A DNA stretch of 64,000 bases, from contig NC_089434.1 in NCBI RefSeq assembly GCF_026210795.1, positions 3,348,001-3,412,000 on the forward strand. The letters are read 5' to 3'. The stretch comes from Rhizophagus irregularis. Its lineage: Eukaryota. The notes beneath the pieces were generated by a model. The model saw nothing but the letters and a program-made list of their open reading frames with translations. It made no database searches and was not told where the DNA came from. Below are positions 39,200 through 52,570 of this stretch, in pieces. Within the stretch, counting starts at the first letter, position 1; every line of letters begins with the position of its first letter. Both the position numbers and the translations under genes were made by a program.

Positions 39200-41190
39200 C
39201 ATCGACTCATGTCATGGTTTATAATGACGTTACAACTTTATTTACCAATTGCAATCTCTTTATCTTCCCTCCATGTCTCTTTCGAAAATTATACCAATTA
39301 TACCTCCTCTCCCTTACACATTATTAGTACGACCATATTTGTTGTTTTTTATTTATTGCTCAATTGAATTTCTAATCACATTTTTCCACTATTTTTAGGG
39401 TTTACATTCTTGGTGCTAATTAGTACTTTTTTGTACTGGAGATCTTGATGTCGAAGCAAATACAACGAGAATCATCTTTTAAAAAACCATAGAAGGTGAC
39501 ACTCAACTTATTCCAGATGATCCTCGACCCATAATTGAAAATCAACTCAAAAAAATTCTTCAACCGCACAAAAAATCGGTCGTTTTATATATGATTTGTG
39601 CCGAATTTGGAACCGAGAAAGCTTTATCAATCAAAAAGGTATCAAAAAAAATTGGACATGGCATAATTCACGTTAATGTTCCTTATGACGTTGAAGATTT
39701 TGGGATAACATTTGGAGAAGCATTCAATTTTGAATTTGAGGAGGATATAACTCTTAAAAAAAAACTGATACGAAAGATCGGAGGTACTGATGGTGAGTTA
39801 ATTATCACTGCACTTTTGTAAAATTCATCATTTTTTGACTCTAATTCTTTTTTTTGATAGGTAAATTGATGATTCCTGTATGGAAGTGAGCCTTGAATGC
39901 TTTTAAGATATCTTAACAAGTTTAATGCAGATAATAGTGTTTGCTGCTAGCGAAGGAGTTGATTTGTAGGTATGATAATTTTGGTCTTGAGAGAAATATA
40001 TATATCTTACTTACGACCGTGATTCTTATTTAAGTAAGTCCTTCCTGGTCCCAAGGAACAAATCCACCAATGGAAATCGGTAACATTAGCGAAGAAGAAA
40101 GAATCAATGAAATATCTAATTGAGAAGCGTAAGATCAATGAAGCAAAAACTAAAGTATTATATCGGTGGACTGCATTTTGGAATTGAAAGCTATTGCAGA
40201 TGGTACTATCTACTGAAGGTAGAAATTAGGTTTATTATCTTGCAACCAAATTTTTACAATTCTGCTTTGAATAATAACTTAATTCTTTTTTTCATAGATA
40301 TTAAAAGTTCCAAAGAAATTATTATTTATATATTGTCAAGCAAAACTTGAATGATGATCAGTTTGATATCACAGAAATATAAGAAATGAAATAATATTTA
40401 ACAGCAATTATTGGAATTAGGAACCAAAATAGAAAAAATAGTTAAGGAAAACCATTCGATTCGGATCAGAATTTCAACAATATAAAAACAAAAATCAAAC
40501 AATTAGAACTACAAATCAACCCAAAACCGTGAATAAGCAACAACATACACAAATGAAAATAACAAAAGAGTTAGAATTGAAAATGATTGCCAATAGTGAT
40601 AAACTAGCAGATCGGGATATGACCTGATCCATCCTTAAAAAATTTAAAAAGATTTATGTTTGAAATCCTTCCAATCTTGTAGGTATTTGCAATTGATATT
40701 CTTTGTTCTAATCAAATTTTAACCTTTCTTTTTTATTTTAGTTTTGATTCATATATGCATCCAGATAATCCTTTAAAAAATAAAGATCTAGCCGAAGATG
40801 AATACATGGATAACATATTGATCCAATACTAAAAAAAGCTTTAGCGTGATAGGGCGAAGGATTACACTAATCACGATAGTCAAAGACGCGGTATTTATAA
40901 AATTCTTTGTAGAATAATGAGGAGGAATACAGAGAGATTTTAAGAGCTAACGTATTTTCGTTTCATCAAGAAGTACAGTGAGTTTTCAATCGCGATCAAT
41001 AGAATATTCTGTTCGTGAAAACTCTAATATGTTCGTTGATTTAATAAATCTCGCTCCTACTGATGATATTGATAAATTCAATTCTAATCAAGCGTCAATC
41101 TCCAAATCATAGAAAATCAAGATGCGAAATGTAATCAAACAATTGGAATCGATCAACATATAGCACCCGAAAATAAGAAAACTATGCAAT
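39200..41190 (+). pseudogene. P-loop NTPase-family pseudogene
   Basis: Degenerate Walker A (YMICAEFGTEKAL), then GHGIIHVNVPYDVEDFGITFGEAFNF and SRSSWSQ..MEIGNISEEE. GT-AG introns; multiple stops and deletions. 3' boundary uncertain. Confidence 0.6.
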
Positions 41191-42394
41191 GAGGAATATA
41201 ATATATATGTTGCTAAAGAATAAATTTATTATTTGTTTTTTCTTGTGATACAAAATAAAACGTTTGATTTTTTCAATGTATAAAAAACTAAAGCACAAAT
41301 TAAGAGAAGATAGACAAAATAAACGAAATAAAATAAATGACATGTTTTTAAGGGAGAGGGACGCGAATCCTACCTAGGCTATTTAGTGCGAGTCCCTGCG
41401 TCATATTTTTTCTTCGCTCTTTTATATTTTCGCTAATATTGTTAATTACAAGATTCTTACTACACTTTATCTCTAAACATATAATTTCCGAAATAATCGA
41501 TCCAACCCATATATCATATTCGAGAAATTATTTTGTGGCATGTGATTATACACGTGTTGGTGACAATATATCCGTTTTGACTTTGTACACCTATAAAAAT
41601 CGGAAAAAAATGATTAGCATCGTATTGATGTTCTTTTAGAACTATTCGAGCAATAAAAACAAGATACCTTATTAAATGTCGTTTGATAAATGATATTGAC
41701 GATGTAAACTTGATTAGTTTCACAAGACATAAAGAGATTATTAAATGATCTAGAATCAATATTTAGTAAATATGACCTCAACACGAAAATCAGATAACAC
41801 AGACGCCTCTAATCTCTGTAGATGTTATATATGCGGATCATGTTATGTCGAACCAAGTATAGCATGGAAACTCAAATAAATTTTAGGTTAGGAAAATCGT
41901 TCTCCAGTAGAATGATGAATTAACTGTTTATCATGAACATCTTCGCTTAATCACGCTTGTACTTTAGTTGACTATGGGATAATTAATAAACGAAATGAAT
42001 ACGAAAATATTATTTAAGAATTTCTGAATTGAACGAAGAAATTTTTAAAGAGAGAACAATGAGAACAATACCATTGAATTACTATAATGAAAGTTACCTT
42101 CGTTATAGTATCAATAAATAGTTTTCTTTAAATTTCTTAAATTTCTGCAGTTGTTGCAATAATACTATAGAAACCCGCTTAAATAAACAATCACCCCTAT
42201 TACCTAATAGACATCAAGTGACAGTAATCAAACAAATTGAAACTGGCATATAATTTATAGAAAAATGATAAATTATGGGATAAGGAAGATCCCGACCTTA
42301 TAAAAAATTTTATCCGTTATTTCTGTAAAAACTCCGTAAAAATGAGCCTTTCACGGAACAATTTATAAAAAGAAACTTAGGTAGCGAAGGACTA

Positions 42395-43081
42395 CACTCC
42401 CGCGCAAAAAGTTTAGGACCACCCTATTTTTGATTACATTAAATAAAGGTTTGTTCTTATTTATATAAATTTTTTTTAAAAAAATTATTTATATTATAAT
42501 TTTTAAATAAACATAAAAAACTATCATATTTGCATTTATAAATCATATAATATAAGGTTTTTTTTTTTAATAATGAATTTTTAACTTTTTAACTAAAGCA
42601 GTTACAGTGAAATGAATACAAAATTTTAATAGTTTAGTTAATGATAAAGTTATATTCCAAATTTCATGAAAATCGAGTCAGTAGTTATCGAGAAATCAAC
42701 TATTAAAATATTGACAATTATATATGGAAATCATTACTTTGTTAGGTCTCACATATAAATTGTCAATCTTTGATAGTTAATTTCTCAATAACTACTGATT
42801 CAATTTTTACGAAATTTGAAATATAATTTTATTTAAAGCTAACTATTTAAATTTTATATTTATTTTTGTTGTAATCACTCTAGTTGAAAAGTTACAAATT
42901 CACCATTGAGAAAAAAACCTTGTATTATGTGATTTATAAATGTCAATATGAATTTTTTAAATTTATTCAAGAAATTGCAATAAAAAAATTTTTTTTAAAA
43001 AAAAAACTCATATAAATAAGAATAAAATTTTATTTAATATAATCAAAAATAGAGTGGTCCTAAACTTTTTGCGCGGGAGTG
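42395..43081. mobile_element. Tc1/mariner-type foldback MITE, 687 bp, TA target duplication
   Basis: TIR cactcccgcgcaaaaagtttaggaccac at both ends, with arms extending ~320 bp imperfectly. Empty site aggactatatac at 43791. Confidence 0.92.
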
Positions 43082-44416
43082 TATATACAGTACCCGGAAA
43101 AAAGTCAAGGACCAGCAGTAAATTACGATAATCGTTATGAAAATATCCTTCTATATAAATTTTTTTTTTAATAATTAATATGTCATATGTAATAAGTAAA
43201 GTTGATCATTGATCATCGAATTGAATTGCATCTACTCTAAAAATTTTTATGAACTGAAAAAAATTGATTGTTATATTTAATTTTTTTTTAAAAAAAAAAT
43301 AAGAAAAATTAGTCGGTAACGCCATTTATAAACTGTCGCAAATATTCAAAAATTATGCAAATTCCTACAGATAATATAAAATATTCTACGATAGTAAAGA
43401 TTTTATAAATTACTACAAAGTATCATCAAAATAAACAAAAGTCTGCCGTAAGTTACACATTTTAACAAAGATGATCGGTATCCATTAGTTATTTACAAAA
43501 TATTAATTAAAGAACAAATTATTGATCTTTGAATTCTCATTACATTGAATTGCTATAATGAAAGTTACTTTCGTTATAGTATCAATAAATAGTTTTCTTC
43601 TTTAAATTTCTGCAGTTGTTGCAATAATACTATAGAAACCCGCTTAAATAAACCATCACCCCCAAGTGATAGTGATCAACAAATGAAAATGTCATCTAAT
43701 TTATAGAAAATGATAAATTATGGGATGAGGAAAATCCCGATCATAATAATAAAGACAATTATAAAAAGAAACTAAGAAATTTGGTAGTGAAGGACTATAT
43801 ACTACTACCCGGAAAAAACGATAATCGTTATGAAAATATTCATCTATATAAAGTTTTTTTTTTTAGTAATTAATATGTCTTTTGTGTAATAAGTAAAGTT
43901 GACCATCGAATTGAATTGCATCTACTCTAAAAATTTTTATGAATTTCTAAAATTGATTGTTATATTTTATGGGTTATTAAATAAATCGGATTTTAATAAA
44001 AAGTATTTAGGTATAATATAACATTAAAAAATTTTGTTTTATTATTGTTTCATTTTTTAAATAAAATTATTTATTCAAAGTTTATAACATATTACTACAA
44101 AGTATCATCAAAATAAACAAAACAAGTCTGCCGTAAGTTACACATTTTAACAAAGATGATCGGTATCCATTAGTTATTTACAAAATATTAATTAAAGAAC
44201 AAATTGTTGATCTTTGAATTCTCATTACATTGAATTGCTATAATGAAAGTTACTTTCGTTATAGTATCAATAAATAGTTTTCTTTAAATTTCTGCAGTTG
44301 TTGCAATAATATTATAGAAACCCGCTTGAATAAACAATCACCCCTATTACCATAGACCAAAGTGATAGTGATCAAACAAATTGAAACTGTAAATTATGGG
44401 ATAAGGAAGATCCCGA

Positions 44417-44602
44417 CCCTATAAAAAATTTTATCCGTTATTTCTGTAAAAACTCCGTAAAAATGAGCCTTTTACGGAACCATTCACGGAAAATGTAAAT
44501 AATTCGATAAATTCCGGGATATAAGGTTATTAATTCCGGAAATATGAGCCTTTTACGGAAAAAAGATGGAATATAAAAACGGATCGAACTTTTTTTACAG
44601 GG
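44417..44602. mobile_element. CACTA-type MITE (CCCT...AGGG ends), 3 bp TSD CGA
   Basis: cga-ccctataaaaaa...ttttttacaggg-cga. Empty site atcccgatcataat near 43735. Partial relatives at 5030-5143 and 42296-42360. Confidence 0.85.
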
Positions 44603-44760
44603 CGATCATAATAATCAAGACAATTATAAAAAGAAACTTGGTAGCCTGGAAAAAAGTCAAGAACCAGTAGTAAATTACGATAATCATTATGAAAATATCC
44701 TTCTATATAAAGTTTTTTTTTTTAATAATTAATATGTCTTTCATGTAATAAGTCATTGCG

Positions 44761-45045
44761 GCGGATTTATGAAATTTGGCAAAAACCCTGCTGCGCCCTC
44801 GGGAATTAAAATTGACTTACAGAAACATTAAGCTTTTTCCTAAAAAATGTCAAATAATGACGCACCTTATACTGGAAAAATTGGTTAGATGCAAGATTTG
44901 GGGTACAAAAAAATTTTTTAGAGCTCATTTTTGCCTGTTCACTAATAAATTTGGGACTTAAATAGAAATTTGGTGACTAAAAGACTGTCAAATATTTATT
45001 TAATTTGACATGACGGACAAATTTTGAGGTATTTCATAAATCCGC
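44761..45045. mobile_element. MITE with 15 bp perfect TIR
   Basis: gcggatttatgaaat / atttcataaatccgc, interrupting the ttgcatcta site that is continuous in sister repeats near 43226 and 43916. Confidence 0.8.
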
Positions 45046-46199
45046 ATCTATTCTAAAAATTTTTATGAACAACTGAAAAAAATTTATTGTTATATTTTAT
45101 GGGTTATTAAATAAATCGGATTTTTAATGAAAAGTATTTAGGTATAATATATAACATTAAAAAATTTTGTTCAAAATATTAATCAAAGAACAAATTATTG
45201 ATCTTTGAATTCTCATTATAATAAAAAAAAAAGCTAGAAATAATCAAAATCCCCCCAAAAAATTGGGCCGAATTTATATTAACGCATCAATTTTTTGCTG
45301 ACAAATGATCGGCAAATTACAGTAAAATGAATATAACTTGATGATACTTCGTAAATATGCCAAAAGTTTCGATAAATAATTTTATTTAAAAAATGAAGCA
45401 TGGTAGAACAAAATTTTTTAATGTTATATTATTATACCTAAATAATTTTCGTTAAAATTTGATTTATTTAATAACCCATAAAATATAACAATCAATTTGT
45501 TTAAAAATTTTTAGGGTAGATGCAATTCAATTCGATGCTTATTACATAAAAAAAAAACTTTATATAGAAGGATATTTTCATAACGATTATCGTAATTTGG
45601 CCCTTGACATTTTTCCGAGCACTGTATGTTTTAGATGACGTGGTAAAAAATGTCACGTTGTTCCCTAGTTAGTTATTTATCCTGAAACTTTTCACTAAAA
45701 TATCGCGTGCACATGTAGATATATAAGACTTTTTCCTCGTATTTCACTATACTCCCCAACCCGCTAGTAAATGGGTCTTTCATAAATTCCATTACAAAGA
45801 TCCGAAGGTACGTAACACGAAGGCCAAAACCAACCATACGTGATTGCAATGGTAATCATCAGCTGCAGCTGAAACATGGAAGACGAGGACTAAATGTTAA
45901 TCTTCCTCCTATATTTATATTGGATTCTGCAAATTCTAAATTATGGGATCGGCAAATTCTGGTAATTTCTGGAATTGGTTTTTACTTTAATATATTTTTA
46001 ACAATCGAATAAAATATTTGCAAGGAAGAATTATCTAGTTTGAACTTTTGAAAAAATTTTTATAATTATAATTGTTTCAATTAATTTTTCGAATGATGGT
46101 TTTACGATAAAGCAAGTTACGATTTTTCGAGAAACAATACTTTAATTGGAATATTTCGTAGCCTCGAAGAGAATATTATTATTATTAACAAATATAAAA

Positions 46200-47480
46200 T
46201 AAAAGAAAAAAATATTATTATAAATTTTTTCATTATTTGGTGGATTTAACGTTATCAAATAAAGATCGATTATATATTCTACGATGTACAAGTTTGAATA
46301 TAATAATTATCAAACATCTTGTATAATGCGGATAAAAGAGATGGTGTTTTTATTATAGCAAGAGGAAGTGTTAGAAAAGATAATAATAATTTGGGTAGTT
46401 TTATTCAAGCAAATATTTATAATATTAAGGATTGTGCCAAAACTTTATTTTTTAATATTAGTTTTCATGATAATAATCCAAATTTAACAAATAATTCACT
46501 AGCGACAAATAACAATTTACTTTTAAAATGGAATAATTTTACAGATTCGCTAAATTTAATTAATTTTTATAATTCATTAAATGAACAAAACATGAAAATT
46601 TTACCTCGTCGGTTTTTTAAATTAATGTGATTTCAAAAAGGTTGGGACACTTAGCAAATTTTTAAGAACTCGGTAAAGCACCACCATTCTCGGAATAGTA
46701 CTCCAAAATTAGCGTATAATATTTATTACATGTCAAGCTTTACCGGATATTTCCGAGTTCTTTAAAATTTGTTGAGTGTCCCGTACATTATGAAATCAGC
46801 TGTAAGATAGAGGTGTGATCCGATCATCCGAAATCGGGTCATCCGACCAAAGTCCGCTGATTCATAATATACGAGACACCATCATTTTTACTCCATTTCA
46901 AGAGAAACTCGGTATAACTCAGGATAAAAACTACATCACTGCTCCGAACTAACCATATAGTTTTTACCTTATTCTGAATTTTACCGAATGTGACTAGGTG
47001 TCCCATATATTAGGAAATCAGCTGTAACAATAAATTTAGTTGATCAATTATGTAAAGACACACGTTATTCGATTTATTTTTATCATTTAAAGTTTACAAA
47101 TTTCAATTCAATAAATTTAATTTCACGATGGAATAATATCATCGAAAAAAAATCAAGAAAGTTTTTTAACAGAGGTCAGTCAAATTAAAGGGTTAGAAAA
47201 ATTTTTTAAATTTAAATCGTAATGGCAAATATCGTATAAAGGAAATTCATTGGAGATGTACAGTACGTTCAATATCTTAAACGGAGACATTGATAATTTA
47301 AGTACAACATTCGAAAGTTCAAAAAAGAAACCGTTGAAATTAAAATTCTTACTAGAAGAATTATCTAATTTTGAGCAAATGAAAATATTGCTTTTATCGT
47401 TATATGAAGAATGGAAATATCCATTATGTGGACTTGAAGATGAAACTTATGGACATATCCAGAAAATAGAAATATATTAA
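46200..47480 (+). mobile_element. Non-LTR retrotransposon (LINE) 3' remnant
   Basis: KLKFLLEELSNFEQMK...LYEEWKYPLCGLEDETYGHI resembles a decayed zf-RVT motif (CPxC...ETxxH). Upstream RWNNII..RKFL remnant. Interrupted by MITEs. Confidence 0.55.
46629..47024. mobile_element. Two adjacent short foldback MITEs with CAGCTG-type ends
   Basis: gggacacttagcaaatttttaagaactcgg mirrored by ccgagttctttaaaatttgttgagtgtccc. Both elements end in gaaatcagctg-TA (46802, 47024). Confidence 0.65.
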
Positions 47481-47834
47481 TATTAATTTTAAAAACAAAA
47501 CGTCATTGATAATTATCGAATGGGCATTTCATCGAAAAATTATTTATTCCATTTTGGTTATTTTATTGTTTTTATATTAAATACATAAAGTTATCTTTTC
47601 TAGATAAATTTTGAATCAGCTGATTTTTATTAAATTTACCTCGTTGTTTATAATACTTTACTTACTTTTTCGTGAATAAATGTTTTCAGGAAAATAAAGT
47701 TATTTATTTATTGCTTAACAATTAATATTAGTTACTTGAATGCTGAAGTGATAATATCCTGAAAAAAAATAATTTAATTTTTTATTTTCATTGCGCGATG
47801 AATATTTTATAAAAATGTTACCTGTAATCGCTAC

Positions 47835-47952
47835 CATTTTCGGCGAAATGGACGATTCGATGAAATGGATTCGATAAAATACACTTTTGGCGAAACATCC
47901 CTTCGGCGAAATGGCTTCGGCGAAATGGGCTTCGGTGAAATGTACCATAACC
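47835..47952. repeat. Degenerate ~15 bp tandem repeat around palindromic ttcggcgaa, probably the end of a non-autonomous transposon
   Basis: About 8 variants of ttcggcgaaatg with 3-6 bp linkers. Confidence 0.75.
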
Positions 47953-48649
47953 TTTTTAAATTATCAATTGATTTGAATATTACTAATATATTTTGATAAT
48001 ATAAATTCATACCATTTTGGAGGTTTATATAATTAAACTATTCTATATTATTGACTATTTATCCTGAAACTTTTCAATATAAACGAAATTATAAGTTTTA
48101 TTTATTATTTCCTATATGTAAATGATGATAACTTTGAAAAATTTTGAAAAATTTATTTTAATAGTAAAAATTTATACGCCCAAAAAATTCTAAAACCAAA
48201 ATTTTAATATTCTCGAAATTCATTATCCCGAAATAATTAAATAATATTTTATAATAAAATTGTTCAAATTAATGATCTTATCTCTTGACAAGTTTAGTTA
48301 ACCGCAGTACATTTTATTCGTATATCGTCTTCAAAAAATAGCTTTAATCGATTTCAATAATCACTGGATGAAGTTTTAGATATTCTAATAGACCATACTA
48401 TGACATTGATAATTTACACAGCTTACTATTTTATAAACTATTTTATAAAATCTGAATATTTGCTGCGAAATAATTAGGAGTATGTAGGATAAGGAACTTA
48501 AACCACTGTAATACGTAATTCTGGCCGGAATTATGTGATCGGCGTATAAAATTCCTTTTTTTGGAATACGTGTGAACCTAATTTTTGTGGGAAGAAAATT
48601 TTCCTTTTTAGGAATTTTATGTCATATCACGTGATTCGTGTGAAAAATT

Positions 48650-48960
48650 TGTGGGATATGGGATGGGATAATGGGATTATGACAAATGGGATTGGATAAA
48701 TGGACATGGGATCATTGGGATGGGATGTGGGATGTGGGATATGAGATATGAGATATGAGATATGGGATATGAGATATGGGATATGAGATATGGGATATGG
48801 GATATGGGACATGAGATATGAGATATGAGATATGGGATATGGGATATGAGATATGAGATATGAGATATGGGATATGGGATATGGGATATGGGATTGGAAT
48901 GGGGATTACGACAAATGGGATAGGATAAATGGGATACGGGTGGGATGGGATATGGATTCT
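48650..48960. repeat. G(G/A)GATAT heptamer satellite with gggat-rich flanks
   Basis: About 20 interleaved gggatat/gagatat units (48737-48895), bracketed by a direct repeat of gacaaatgggat.ggataaatgg. Confidence 0.9.
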
Positions 48961-49456
48961 CCCAATCCCATTTATATGGGCGGCAAGTATACTGTAAGTA
49001 CGTTTATTCTATACCAGTAGCACCAGCAGCATTACATTCGGGATAAGCTTGAAAAAACTGATTTGGAGTTAATTCTTTGGATATTAGCCTTGATAAATGA
49101 AACTTGTTACTTTCTATATTTGACGCTATTATTATCTTAATGTCTATTTATTATTTTTCTCTTTTATTTAAGAATAGATAAATTTAATTAAACAATTAAA
49201 TATAATTAAATAAAAAAAAAAAATTAATTCATGAATCATGATCCATGAGTCAACTGCAAAGGATCTTGCAATCTGACGTGGCATCAAATAAAAGTAAAAT
49301 TTATGTGAAAAATTATTTTAAGAAATAAAATATTTGAAACTTTTGGATAAATATTATGTTACTAAAATATGTTTAAGTGTTAAATGAGTTCACGTAATAA
49401 AAATCGCGATCGATATAAAAATCATATATAAATTTTACTCACGGGATCATGAATTA

Positions 49457-49633
49457 CAGCTGTTTTCATAAGACCTGAAATTTTTGAACCCGACCGCCGA
49501 CCCGCCGATCCGGTATTTTTAGCTGGGCACGTGATCCAGATTTGATAGTTTGATTTGTAAAACTGAACCGGATCGGCGGGTCGGCAGTCGGGTTCAAAAA
49601 TTTATTTTGTCCTAGGTCTTATGAAAACAGCTG
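49457..49633. mobile_element. 177 bp foldback MITE, TA target duplication
   Basis: TIR cagctgttttcataagacct plus a GC-rich inner inverted repeat. Empty site in the inverted homolog at ~14915-14935. Confidence 0.92.
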
Positions 49634-50965
49634 TAATATTTTTCAGCCCGAATTCCGAGATCAAAATCTAAATAATAGGTGATTTCAATATATATATATA
49701 TATATTTCAATTTCTGCAAATTGCAAAAAAAGGTTTGTCGTGACATTGACATGATTTCCGGTGAACTTTTTTGTGGCGCTTTCATAAGTGATATTACGTC
49801 GGTTTCTTGTTTTTTTTTCTTTTTTTCGATTAAACAAATGCGTTCGCTTTGGAGTTTTCGGTACTTGATAAATCATGTGATAACGAAATGACAGAGGAAT
49901 TGGATTAATAAATATATGTGACTTTTTTTATCCCCAAACCTTCCAGTCCCATAATTTGTGATTTTTCTATAAGCTAATGGATAATATTTTAGCAAATTCA
50001 TTATTATACGACGTAATAGAAAAGCTTTCTTAAATATTTAAAATATTTAATTAATTTTTTGCAATTTATAATAAATAAATAATTGAAACACATTAATTTT
50101 TCCATTTTAATTATAGATTACTATTCTTTTTAAAGTACAGATAATTGGTATACAATATTATTATTGTTGTTTAGCAATATTATTATCATTTGATTTTAAG
50201 CTTAATTTAAAATAAAGCTAAGTTAAATAGTTGAAGAATTTTGGGGTGATCAAAAAATATCCTATAACTATTATATATTACGGTGCTACCCAAATTAAGA
50301 TACATTCTATATATAATTATTTGTAGAAATAAGTCCCTTTATAAACTAATGAGGGACTTTATATATGTTAAAATGATTTGCTCTTTCACGGTATTTATTT
50401 GCCAAGTTCAATAAGGACAATGCGTTGGTTAAAACAATACATTTTTTTAGTAAACATCTGAAATAGCATTTATAATTTTTTTTTTTGTAGATATAAAATA
50501 AAATTTTTAATATTTACATATAAAATTAAACTAACTAAATTCATTATTTAAGAAAATTATATGGTAATTTATTTTAGATGGTAAGTTATAAGTAATTTAT
50601 TTAATTCTATTTTTACATATTTATATAATATATATATATATAACTAAACTAACTAAATTCTTCATTTAAAAAAAAAATATGGATTATTTATAAAGTTGCA
50701 AATAAAAAAAAAATTTTATGTCAAAAAAAAAAAAAAAAATCGGTTTAAAAGAATAAATGGGTAAGGTAACACAATTGATGAATCAAAAAGGGCGTTTTTT
50801 TTTTGAATGTGCCGTATATATGGAAAAATTTTTTGTCGATCTTTTTTATATAATAAAGAATATAGATAAAATAAAAGAATGTTGAAAGTGGGTATACAAA
50901 AGTTATAAATTTCAGTGTTACAGTAATTAAATACAGAATTGCAATAATGATTTTAGGAATGATAA

Positions 50966-51133
50966 TTAAAAGAAAGCAGATCCATAAAATAGTTGATTTA
51001 TAAAAGGATCTGGACGTATTAAAGCATGTCTTAATTTCCTTTTATTTCGACGTTTGCGAATAGGATTCTGTGACACGTAGGATATTGAACGGTTGATCGT
51101 AGGATAATGTTGATTTTGTACGCCATTTGTCAT
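50966..51133 (-). CDS. Distant micro-protein paralog, 55 aa
   Basis: MTNGVQNQHYPTINRSISY..PIRKRRNKRKLRH..PDPFINQLFYGSAFF shares YPTI, the basic patch and the C-terminal motif. First ATG at 51133. Confidence 0.65.
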   Translation of the reverse strand: MTNGVQNQHYPTINRSISYVSQNPIRKRRNKRKLRHALIRPDPFINQLFYGSAFF

Positions 51134-51899
51134 AACTGATTGTTTCAAATTAAAAAAAGTTGGGTAATTGCTGTATCGCGTATATAATTAAAAGAATATC
51201 GAAATAAGCGGATGTATTTTTCTTATTTTTCAAAATATTTTTATAAAAGAGTAATTGAAAATCGTAAAATTAAATGATTTTTTTAAAAAAAGTAGTATAA
51301 AGACGAAATAAAGCAAAAATAATTCGTTAAGCAAAAAAAAAAAAGGTTATTAAAAAATATCGAAGTAAGTTTTTAATCGTCAAAAAAATCAGCTTAAAAT
51401 GTCAAAGAAGTGAGTGTATATATATACGTTTTTATCTTATATATCTTTTGTTCAACTAAAATCAAAAAAATTTGACCCCATCGTCATATGAATCTTATCC
51501 ATAGTTGCTACAAATTTGGAAATCTATTTAACCTATTTCGTAAAGAAATAACAATACGAAAAATGAGGACAATTTATGAAAAATTTTCAGTTTGTTTTAC
51601 GATCCGGTATAATTAATATAAAACGCGTTTATTGCACATCATTCTATATAAGGAAGTTAGATAACCAATCATCTTAAAAGAATGGATGAATTTTTTAGTA
51701 AATTAATAAAATTAACAATTATTGTTTTAAAATCTGATTTACAATAATATTACTGATCTTATCATTCATGACTTTAAATCTTTCGGGACAAAAGGTAATC
51801 AAAAAAAGGAATTCTTTCTTAAAAAAGTACTCTTTTATAGATTACCAAGTATGACTCATAAGAATATGAGTCATTTTTGCCGCAAAGGAATATGATTCC

Positions 51900-52570
51900 G
51901 ATATATGCCAATCAATTCTTCGTAAGGTATTTTTTTTTTAATTTTGTGGGCTTTTTTTCTTTGTTATTTGTAAATTTAAAAACGTATCTAGTTTTTTCTT
52001 CTGCAAGGACGATCGATACCATAAAAGTTAAACTAATTAAGGCTAATCGCCGTTTTAATATTAATGAATTTCTATTACAAATTAGTAATATATATAATAT
52101 TAGGCATAATTACATAACGATGCATTTTTAAGAAATTCGAAAATAATACGCCTTTAAGTCTTTTCTCCTACAATTTGATTGATGTCATGTAGCAATCTTT
52201 TTTTTTTCTTAATTAGAATTAAAGAACAAACGAAAACTTTTTCATATATAAAATAAATAAACAAATAAACTTTGTCACTTTTATTTTTAAAACGCACATC
52301 AAAGAAGATTGCTTTTTTTGTTGAACTTTCAGTTGGTTTTTTATATGTAAATATTAAACTAGCCATATCATCGTTTAATTTCAGATGGAATAATAATGAT
52401 GAATTTAATTCTTACGCTACCAGTAAAAATTTTTAGACATGACAATATATTCTCTCAAGGCAACTTACCTGAATGTAATCCATTACAGTCGATAATATGA
52501 TACTTGCCAATTTCTTAAGATTCAGTTAATGCAACGCACGTATCGTTCACCTTTCATTTTAACAGCAAGA
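51900..52570 (-). pseudogene. Decayed intron-containing gene of unknown family
   Basis: Coding-like fragments (KKAIFFDVRFKNKSDK, RLLHDINQIVGEKT) separated by intron-like AT tracts and stops. Confidence 0.3.

Larger units (their letters stand above)
42070..45230. repeat. Local tandem duplication (three copies of a ~0.7 kb core, variably interrupted)
   Basis: cattgaatt.ctataatgaaagttac.ttcgttatagtatcaataaatagttttc at ~42072, 43543 and 44228. Confidence 0.85.
43088..45624. mobile_element. Tc1/mariner-type non-autonomous element with internally re-duplicated left arm
   Basis: TA-cagtacccggaaaaaagtcaaggacca...tggcccttgacatttttccgagcactg-TA. 45400-45620 is an inverted copy of the arm seen at 43090, 43805 and 44645. 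Confidence 0.65.

Noticed and set aside
47835..47952. Palindromic ttcggcgaa repeats as a CRISPR array
   Set aside because: Units are ~15 bp with no unique spacers, there are no cas genes, and the context is eukaryotic.
48627..48812. 61 aa ORF MSHIPYPISHIPY...
   Set aside because: Translation of the heptamer satellite.
48737..48895. Telomeric repeat
   Set aside because: The unit is not TTAGGG-like, is internal, and is bracketed by direct repeats.
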